In this document: piece by piece, positions 57,801 through 64,000 of the stretch
Position numbering within the stretch: the stretch's first letter is position 1
Layout: each line of letters opens with the position of its first letter
Source of the DNA: Flavobacteriales bacterium
Lineage (GTDB): Bacteria > Bacteroidota > Bacteroidia > Flavobacteriales_F > PHOS-HE28
Assembly: GCA_046306055.1 (NCBI GenBank)
Contig: JBKDXR010000016.1
Span: 6,132-70,131, forward strand
DNA length: 64,000 nt
Direction: 5' to 3'
Program-made: the position numbers and the translations under genes
The notes under the pieces: model-generated
Told to the model about the DNA's origin: nothing
Seen by the model: only the letters and a program-made list of their open reading frames with translations
Database searches by the model: none

Positions 57801-58591
57801 ACGGTCTTCGTGGCCATCACCGCGACCATGGCCTCCACCATGTTGTGGTTGCGTTCGTCGATGAAGAAGTGCCTGTACCGGCTGTTGCTCTGCAGGTCGA
57901 AGAGCGTGTCGATGGCCGCCAGATCGTGCTGGCGATAGGCCTCCTCCATGCGCTGCCACATGCTGCGTCCGTCCTTGCGCATGCGTTCGGCCGCAATGCG
58001 CCTGCGCTCTTCCTCGGCAGGGTCCTCGTCATCCTCCTCGCTCATGTTCGCCATCATGCTGAGCGACACCACGTCGTCCATGCGCTCCAGTCCGATGGTC
58101 TGCTTACCCAGCTTGCGCGCGGCCTGGTACAGGAACATGTCCAAGAAGGTGGACTCGGCATAGTCCAGGTCCACTTCCTCATTGCGGAACATCAGGTGGT
58201 CCACCAGATCGGGACGTCGGGTACACGCGGCCAACAGGCTTTCCCGGTCCAAGGCATCCAGCCGGAACAGCTCGCGGTACAGGTCGCCGCTGGAATTGGG
58301 CCGCTCCAACCCTTCGGCCAGGCGGTACAGGTCCGAGGTGAGCATTTCGTTGAGCCACGTGTCCGGGTCCAGTTCGGTGGCCACCACCTGACTGCGGTCC
58401 AATGCCACGAAGAAGGAGTCCGTGAGGTTGAAGGCCACACGCGCGCTCACGTGCATGGTGCCATAGAGATAGGATGGCTGTTTCAGCCCGTTGCCACTGA
58501 TGCGCCACAGCAGCGTGCGCTCGTCCCGTTCCTGAGCGGTGCTCGATAGGGTGAATAGGAAGAACAGGAAAAGGGAGAGGGCCTTTTTCAT
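54872..58591 (-). CDS. TraB/GumN-family N-terminal domain protein with ~900-aa C-terminal extension of unknown function (secreted)
   Basis: signal peptide MKKALSLFLFFLFTLSSTAQ; LLWRISGNGLKQPSYLYGTMHV TraB/GumN signature; 1239 aa. Confidence 0.7.
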   Translation of the reverse strand: MKKALSLFLFFLFTLSSTAQERDERTLLWRISGNGLKQPSYLYGTMHVSARVAFNLTDSFFVALDRSQVVATELDPDTWLNEMLTSDLYRLAEGLERPNSSGDLYRELFRLDALDRESLLAACTRRPDLVDHLMFRNEEVDLDYAESTFLDMFLYQAARKLGKQTIGLERMDDVVSLSMMANMSEEDDEDPAEEERRRIAAERMRKDGRSMWQRMEEAYRQHDLAAIDTLFDLQSNSRYRHFFIDERNHNMVEAMVAVMATKTVFSGVGAMHLPGPNGMIELFRARGYTVSPVLSRSSSRSTARKQRIDDMYLPPTVRAWWSSDSLMTMDLPGVAHEVPESLEPWLGTLCTDQVNGTFVSISRIPTGAEVLGRDARSIMARIDSALFEAIPGRTITRKEVVDPSGFPAHVVTATSVRGERMNYRIVVAPSEVIVVRSVCRDDARVVKDTDRLMASFRLVKRNGNNGVPGPVELPGCSVRMPAGTSVRISRPTLALSFGAVPFRHVEARGTDASGSLHQLRSGAYNDMLYLESDTFELARFRDNLAEVLKTTALPFNAEAPCGLPALSASFVRAGGDTLHAQWLVRGTHYYELISTAPAPAARQFFTSFTLRDLPSSAEGAEFSDPRVAYRVSADNVAASFGEAFQKVKRTSMYRPVKKDEPDPYGTERYNDVVIAREAPEAVRVELLVHHLYFSVKDMNTYWDLRVRDLMDRNGMAERHRRVFEHHGLQACDVMLADSTTRRAIMVRMVLKEGARHTLLTTVDTVLGPSMWQRMVFDTFLPADTVFRLPVLDSKAALYLGDLSSEEKKAKDRAKASLSVIIFRDADADVLIQHFEGTAWRKEELKERAAMLRECGAVKNERVLPFLERAYLAAGDTAQLQIAVLRALSGQRTREAADLFARLIYVETPLVKDENEMRNVFGPWFDTLAVAAALFPRVLDLARFPEYRMPVYNLLAACVAEGLVKPAVYENEVPILVTEATIELKRALSQNKRTTGTNDSYTSEGAMLPYVPRRNQNRVLERNVSKEPAPDNDLLVPGSPLVLSFARILLPFHANRPEVQGWFNKVLACSNDRLVIEAACLLQRAGRPVDRSVFAKYQSRDNTRYWTQVRLRHVGAAALLDSTASDTLALARAFLFANRYLEEGDSVRYLEHRAVDGKLGVTHMYFFALKAKDAKKDEWRMGYTAWVPKEGGALFDGRFFFNWDYSAQPLSVNRMRMDDRVKAVRFMGRKRYRSEDRRFD

Positions 58592-58718
58592 GATGGACAA
58601 TTGCGCCTTGCATGCCCAACGCCAACGATGCGCCAGGTGTTGCAATATCGGCCATTTGCGCGCTCGGCCTTCCAGCGCCCAGAACCGGACGCCCGGTGCC
58701 AACTGCGATCAGCACTTG

Positions 58719-60068
58719 CTACCGACCAATACTTGGCGACCATTCCACATCCCCGGGGCCACGCTCCACAGGCTGTGCACCACGGACCAGCACGACCCCT
58801 GCAGTATCCCTTCCTGCCAGCAGCAAGGCCTCGGCGAAGCCATTGCGGAACACGAACGCACCGTTCACGTGGTCCGGCAGATCGTGTACGAGCAACCTGG
58901 CGTTGGGTGGCGGAGCAGGCAGGTCGGCGATGACCTGCGCGGACAATCGGTAGGCCTCCTGCCACGACCGTTGTCCCTGCCAGAGGAAGTGCACCGAGAC
59001 CATCAGCACCGCCGCGAACACCACATAGCGCACCACCATGTTCCCGAACTGCAACACCGCGAAAGCGACCAACAGCGCCAGGAACACCGAGGGCATGTAG
59101 AGGAACCGGTCGCTCTCCATGGTGCGCGTGCTCACACCGCCCAGCACGGCCAACAGGCAGGTCACTGCGAGGGACCAGAGCAGCGCCTCCACCGGCTCCA
59201 TGCAACCCGGACTGCGGCGCGAACGCCGACCCCATGTGATGGTCACCACCAATGCCATGGCCAGCAGCAGCGCGAACCGCCACAGCTGATCGCCGGGTTC
59301 CGCGGAAGGTGGGAGGAACAAACGACCGGCCACTTTGGGGATGTTCAGCACATAGTTCCACGGGCCATGGCCAAAGAACCCTGCGCCATAGCTGCCTGCG
59401 GCCATATCTGCCTTCCAGGGACGCACTGCAACGTGTAACACCAAGGCGGTGCCCCAGGCCAGGACCCACTTGCCGAACCTCGGCCATGCTACCGGACGGC
59501 GAGCGGCCACCAAAGGGAATAGCAGCACGGGCAGCAACAAGGCGCTCTCGTAGCACAAGGCGCCCAGGAAGAAGGCACCAGCCGAAACCCAGGCACGACG
59601 CCGCTCCGGCCACGCCGAGCCCAACACCACCAAGGCCAGCAGACCGAAGAACGCGGCCAACGCCGATTCGCGGCCCACTACCCAGATCACCGATTCGAGG
59701 TGGAAGGGATACACCAGGAAGAGCAGCGCGGCCATCCATGCCACCACCGGTCCGTGCAATGCGGATAACCACTGGCGCGCCAGCAGCAGCACCAGCCAGG
59801 CGTTCACCCCATGCAGGGCCACGTTAAAGGCATGATAGCCCAGGCCGCCAGGCCCGTGGAGCGCATGTCCCCAGGCGATGCTGAGGTCGGACAGCGGTCG
59901 GAAGAAGCCCGTGCGCCAAGGCTGGCCCAGCACCCCGGTGCGCCACACGGCCACGTGGTCGTCGCTCAGCAACCCGATACCCAGTGTGGGCCAGAACAGC
60001 GCGAAGGCGGCCATCATCAACACCACCGGTTCCCACCAGCGCTTGCGGAAATAGGGTCCAAGGGCCAT
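58719..60068 (-). CDS. polytopic membrane protein, putative GT-C-type (GT39/GT83-like) glycosyltransferase; family uncertain
   Basis: ~9 hydrophobic helices; start set at MALGPYFRKRWW (ATG 60068-60066); the longer upstream ORF is GC-driven. Confidence 0.5.
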   Translation of the reverse strand: MALGPYFRKRWWEPVVLMMAAFALFWPTLGIGLLSDDHVAVWRTGVLGQPWRTGFFRPLSDLSIAWGHALHGPGGLGYHAFNVALHGVNAWLVLLLARQWLSALHGPVVAWMAALLFLVYPFHLESVIWVVGRESALAAFFGLLALVVLGSAWPERRRAWVSAGAFFLGALCYESALLLPVLLFPLVAARRPVAWPRFGKWVLAWGTALVLHVAVRPWKADMAAGSYGAGFFGHGPWNYVLNIPKVAGRLFLPPSAEPGDQLWRFALLLAMALVVTITWGRRSRRSPGCMEPVEALLWSLAVTCLLAVLGGVSTRTMESDRFLYMPSVFLALLVAFAVLQFGNMVVRYVVFAAVLMVSVHFLWQGQRSWQEAYRLSAQVIADLPAPPPNARLLVHDLPDHVNGAFVFRNGFAEALLLAGRDTAGVVLVRGAQPVERGPGDVEWSPSIGR

Positions 60069-60110
60069 CGGTGCCAAAGCTAGCCGCCCGCACGGCGTAA
60101 GTTCGCCCCG

Positions 60111-61586
60111 ATGCCCCGTCGCGCACTGTTCGTGGTCCTTGCCGCCTTCGGGCTCAGCGTCGCAGTGCGCGCGCCCCTGCTGAACAGGCCCCTGAGCGCC
60201 CACCACGAGTTCTGCACGGCCATCACGTTGATCACCCTGCACAACTGGTGGACCGATGGCATGGCCGCGCATGCGGGCGCTCCCACTGGCGTGTTCGTGA
60301 ACGAGGCCCGCACCATGCTGCCGCCCGGGCAGTACGATGCCAATGCGCAGGCCCTGGCGCTCTACTACTTCTCGCACCCTCCCCTGGCCTTCGACCTGCC
60401 TTACGCGCTCTTCGTGCTCACGGGCACACCGCCCAATGCGCTCGGGCTCGAACTGTTCAATGTGTTCTTCCACCTCGTCACCGCGCTGTGCCTCTTTGGT
60501 GCTTTGCACGAATTCGCGAGGAAAGGTTCGCGGGCTCCGCTCTATGCGGCCCTGCTCTACCTCTTCATGCCGGCGCCGCTCTGGTTCCACAGCAACGCGT
60601 ACATGGGCGACCTCTTCGTGCAGAACACCTGGGCCATCCATGTGCTTGCGGCCATGGTCTACTTCCACCGCGGCGACCCCACCGACCGGCTGCGCCTGGC
60701 GCTCTTCGGCCTCACGCTCTTCCTCACCGTGTACACCAGCTGGTTGGGGGTGTTCGCTGGTGCGGCGAGCGGTGCGCTGGCCCTTTGGCTCGTTTGGCGT
60801 GGTCAGGACCGCCGCTGGCTACGTCTTCTTCCGGTCGTCGCTCTGGCCATTATCGCCGCGCTCGGCCTTACCGCGTGGCGCTACACGCAGCTCGTGGACC
60901 TCGATGCCTTGCTGGGCTATTTCGTGTCGCGCTTCGAGGTGCGTGGCACCACGGGTACGGGCGTGGACCTCGGTGAGGCGCTTCGCACACTCCTGTTCGT
61001 GAACTACCGCATCAGCTACCTGCCTGTGATCGTGCTGCTGCTGGGCCTGTTGGTCTGGCGGAAGAAGAGTTCGCGAGATCGTTCACCTGTGTTGGACCAC
61101 GGGACCATGCTGTTCGTGGTGCTCACCGGACTGCCCGTGCTGCTGGACCATGCCGTGCTGCTCCCCTATGCCGAGCACGATTTCGCTGCGTTGAAAGGCG
61201 GACTGCTCCTCTGTGGACTTGGTGGGCTACTACTGGACCGCCTACCCACGCGACCAGCGAACACCCTGCTGGCAGCGACCTGTGTGGCCGGTGTGCTGTA
61301 TTTCTATCGCACCAACCCCCTGCCCGGACACGATGGCGGTCGCTCTGCGGTTGAGCGCGACCTGGGCGAGGCGATGGGGCGCGAGGCTCGGCCGTATGAG
61401 ATCATCTTCTTCGAAGGCCCGGCCCCGGAACCGCAGGTGCTGTGGTACGCCAAACGCCACGTGGTGCAGGTGAACACCAGCGCCGAGGCCATGCACTTCC
61501 TGCGCGAACGCGGGTTGCACAAAGGCATCATCTACCGCCAGACGCCCGAGGGCCTCCAGCACGAACGGGTGGAGGTCCCTTCGTAG
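60111..61586 (+). CDS. polytopic membrane protein, putative GT-C-type glycosyltransferase; family uncertain
   Basis: 491 aa with ~11 hydrophobic helices; divergent from the preceding membrane-protein gene. Confidence 0.5.
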   Translation: MPRRALFVVLAAFGLSVAVRAPLLNRPLSAHHEFCTAITLITLHNWWTDGMAAHAGAPTGVFVNEARTMLPPGQYDANAQALALYYFSHPPLAFDLPYALFVLTGTPPNALGLELFNVFFHLVTALCLFGALHEFARKGSRAPLYAALLYLFMPAPLWFHSNAYMGDLFVQNTWAIHVLAAMVYFHRGDPTDRLRLALFGLTLFLTVYTSWLGVFAGAASGALALWLVWRGQDRRWLRLLPVVALAIIAALGLTAWRYTQLVDLDALLGYFVSRFEVRGTTGTGVDLGEALRTLLFVNYRISYLPVIVLLLGLLVWRKKSSRDRSPVLDHGTMLFVVLTGLPVLLDHAVLLPYAEHDFAALKGGLLLCGLGGLLLDRLPTRPANTLLAATCVAGVLYFYRTNPLPGHDGGRSAVERDLGEAMGREARPYEIIFFEGPAPEPQVLWYAKRHVVQVNTSAEAMHFLRERGLHKGIIYRQTPEGLQHERVEVPS

Positions 61587-61597
61587 GCAATTAGCCG

Positions 61598-61705
61598 TCA
61601 GGAAGAGTCGACCGTGCGGAACCTCTCGTTCCGCATCAGTTGCTGGTGAAAGGGGACGGTGCTGCCCACGCCCTCGATCACATACGCGCTCTTTGCACGC
61701 TCCAT
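61598..61705 (-). pseudogene. degenerate copy of the accC 3' end (last ~35 codons)
   Basis: MERAKSAYVIEGVGSTVPFHQQLMRNERFRTVDSS* parallels MERALSEYVIEGVHTTIPFHLQLMQNEKFRAGDFTTKF...; DNA ~75% identical to 62966-63100. Confidence 0.65.
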
Positions 61706-62021
61706 CGGGTCCCTCCAACAGGTGGTAGATCGTGCTCGAAGGACCGTACTTCGCCATCACCTCATCGAGCCATGCGGGATCCTTCAGAGCGGGGCGGTCA
61801 TGGATGAACGTGGCTGGCAAGCAACGTTAGTGACCTAAGACGCCCTAAGTTGGAGCGTGCCGCGCAGTCCGGGTGGCGCACATCACCAACAGCAGTACGC
61901 ACACGTACAGCGGAGTTGTCCGTGAGTGATCACGGAGGATGCGAACAAGGAATCCAGGACGAAGTGTGACCGATCGGAGCGAGTGCACGACCCAAGTTCC
62001 GGTCAGCACATCAGCGAAGAA

Positions 62022-62927
62022 CTACTTCGGCTTGGTGAAGTAGCCGAAATCCGCTGTGCCGAATCCGTACTTGTTCACACCTGAGCCCGGCATGCCGCCA
62101 CGGTAGAAATAGCAAGCTCCGGTCTTGCAATTCATCACCGCCCGCTCGTTCGTCAGCGCTTCCCCTTTGAGCGGGGTAGCGCAATCATCGGCCATGGCGA
62201 TGCAGACATTGGCATCGACCCCGGTGCGGATCATCTCATAGAGAACCTCCAATGTGACGATCTCCACGTTGCCCTTGTACACCTTGGCGATATCCTCGAG
62301 CGAGGCGTTCACGTGGGCGTTGGCGATGTACAAGGTCGTGTTCTTCAACGCGGTGATGCCGGCCAAATACTCGGCTTTCGAATCCTCAAAGTATTCATCA
62401 TGCGGCTTGTCCATGAAGGCGCCGGCATATTGATGGCCCCATAGGAGGTTGCGCACGGCAATGGCAGCGATGACATCCGGCGGGTGGCACATGAGCGTTT
62501 CGATGTTCAAGCTGTTGCACGGACCGCTTTGGTCGTACATCCCGAACCAGATCGACTTGTTGATCGTGTACGTGGAGCCGGACCCGAGCTCGGTCTCCTT
62601 CACCTGAATGTTGAAGCAATGCGCTCCGGGATTCGACTTGTACAATTGTTCGAGATCCTGCTCACCGGTGACAATACGCAGCTTAACACCATTCGGCAAG
62701 TTGCGCTGCAATTCAGCGGCAAAGGCCTCGTTCAGTTCTGGGCGATCCGTGTGTGCCCAGTAGATGAAGTCCTTGTAGGTGTAGCTATCGCTTGCCTTGT
62801 TCTCGGCGTGGATGCTGACCCGCCCTTTCCAAAGGGCCTTCACATCGCTGTACGTGTTGTAGTAAGGATTCTGGGCCTGAGCGATCGACATCGCGGCAAA
62901 GGCCAATGAAGAGACGATCGCACGCAT
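62022..62927 (-). CDS. secreted hypothetical protein (301 aa) in a lower-GC segment
   Basis: signal peptide MRAIVSSLAFAAMSIAQAQ; visibly lower GC (~55%) than flanks; no recognised motif. Confidence 0.55.
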   Translation of the reverse strand: MRAIVSSLAFAAMSIAQAQNPYYNTYSDVKALWKGRVSIHAENKASDSYTYKDFIYWAHTDRPELNEAFAAELQRNLPNGVKLRIVTGEQDLEQLYKSNPGAHCFNIQVKETELGSGSTYTINKSIWFGMYDQSGPCNSLNIETLMCHPPDVIAAIAVRNLLWGHQYAGAFMDKPHDEYFEDSKAEYLAGITALKNTTLYIANAHVNASLEDIAKVYKGNVEIVTLEVLYEMIRTGVDANVCIAMADDCATPLKGEALTNERAVMNCKTGACYFYRGGMPGSGVNKYGFGTADFGYFTKPK

Positions 62928-62953
62928 GCTTGTGTTGTGCTGTTCGGTGCAGG

Positions 62954-64000
62954 CTACGGCTTCTTGATCTCGAAGTCCTCCAGGAACTTAGTGGTGAAGT
63001 CGCCGGCGCGGAACTTCTCGTTCTGCATCAGCTGCAGGTGGAAGGGGATCGTGGTGTGAACGCCTTCGATCACGTACTCGCTCAGGGCCCGTTCCATCTT
63101 GGTAATGGCCTCCTCCCGCGTCTGTGCGCTCACGATCAGCTTGCCGATCATGCTGTCGTAGTTCGGCGGAATGGTGTAGCCCGCATACACGTGGGTATCC
63201 ACCCGCACGCCATGGCCACCGGGGCTGTGGTAGCTGGTGATCTTGCCCGGCGTGGGACGGAAGTTGTTGAAGGGGTCCTCCGCGTTGATGCGGCACTGGA
63301 TGCTGTGGCGCGTGGGCTCGTAGTTGAGGCCACTGATGGGGATGCCGGCAGCGATCTTGATCTGCTCGCGGATCAGGTCGTAGTCGATCACTTCCTCGGT
63401 GATCGTGTGTTCCACCTGGATCCGCGTGTTCATCTCCATGAAGTAGAAGTTCCGGTCCTTGTCCACCAGGAACTCCACGGTGCCCACGCCCTCGTAGTTC
63501 ACGCTGGCGGCGGCCTTGATCGCGGCCTCGCCCATCTTCTTGCGCAGGGCCTTGGTCATGAAGGGCGAAGGTGTCTCCTCCACGAGCTTCTGGTGTCGGC
63601 GCTGGATGCTGCAGTCGCGCTCGCTCATGTGGCAGAAGGTGCCGTACTGGTCACCCGCGATCTGGATCTCGATGTGGCGCGGCTCCAGGATGTACTTTTC
63701 CATGTACATGCCCGGGTTCCCGAACGCTGCACCGGCCTCCTGGCTGGCCTTCTCGAAAGCTTCCTGGAACTCCTCCTCCTTCCATACCAGGCGCATGCCT
63801 TTGCCACCACCACCGGCAGTGGCCTTCAGGATCACAGGGTACCCGATGCGCTTGGCCTCTTTCTTGGCCAGCGCGATGTCCGTGACAAGGCCTTCGGTGC
63901 CCGGAACAACAGGCACCCCGGCCGCGATCATGGTCGCTTTGGCGGTGGCCTTGTCGCCCATGGCCTCGATCTGCTCCGGTGTGGCGCCGATGAACTTGAT
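62954..64000 (-). CDS. accC: acetyl-CoA carboxylase biotin carboxylase subunit, C-terminal 348 codons (N-terminus beyond the window end)
   Basis: ATP-grasp and biotin-carboxylase C-terminal domain blocks (GGGGKGMRLV, EMNTRIQVEHTITE, GYTIPPNYDSMIGKLIV); frame open to position 64000. Confidence 0.95.
   Translation of the reverse strand: MKFIGATPEQIEAMGDKATAKATMIAAGVPVVPGTEGLVTDIALAKKEAKRIGYPVILKATAGGGGKGMRLVWKEEEFQEAFEKASQEAGAAFGNPGMYMEKYILEPRHIEIQIAGDQYGTFCHMSERDCSIQRRHQKLVEETPSPFMTKALRKKMGEAAIKAAASVNYEGVGTVEFLVDKDRNFYFMEMNTRIQVEHTITEEVIDYDLIREQIKIAAGIPISGLNYEPTRHSIQCRINAEDPFNNFRPTPGKITSYHSPGGHGVRVDTHVYAGYTIPPNYDSMIGKLIVSAQTREEAITKMERALSEYVIEGVHTTIPFHLQLMQNEKFRAGDFTTKFLEDFEIKKP

Noticed and set aside
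1-64000. Search for tRNA, rRNA and CRISPR arrays
   Set aside because: No cloverleaf-compatible 70-90-nt segments with conserved GTTC/T-loop features in the intergenic regions, no rRNA-like stretches and no regularly spaced direct repeats were seen.

Overview
This is a high-GC (~65-68%) chromosomal segment from a T9SS-bearing member of the Bacteroidota. Several large secreted proteins carry SprB repeats and gliding-motility/Por C-terminal sorting domains, the ileS-dksA-like-lspA arrangement typical of Bacteroidota is present, and a TonB/DUF4249 pair is present. The high GC generates many long antisense and off-frame ORFs, which I treated as spurious.

Recognisable housekeeping genes are asd, lspA, ileS, dxs, a partial accC, mscS, yceI, pirin, an SQOR-like sulfide:quinone oxidoreductase, and an acetyl-CoA hydrolase/transferase. 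Other annotated blocks are a Crp/SIP/TonB-receptor/DUF4249/AraC iron-uptake locus, an ECF sigma module, and an ABC transporter whose permease is fused to an M1 aminopeptidase.

The most interesting feature is a ~7.3-kb lower-GC insertion at the 3' end of dxs. It is bounded by perfect 119-bp direct repeats (25539-25657 and 33002-33120). The insert carries a sigma54-activator-type AAA+ ATPase gene divergent from a tightly overlapping seven-gene operon: DUF4258, GT4 glycosyltransferase, radical-SAM/SPASM, P-loop kinase, nucleotidyltransferase-tyrosine-phosphatase fusion, O-methyltransferase and a WG-repeat protein. The function of this cassette is unknown, and no integrase is present. An IS30-family element with 23-bp perfect inverted repeats and a nonsense-interrupted transposase sits ~170 bp beyond the distal repeat.

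The same 'gene 3' end / insert / degenerate copy of that 3' end' signature recurs twice more in the window: around the S41 peptidase gene and downstream of accC. No rRNA, tRNA or CRISPR array was found.
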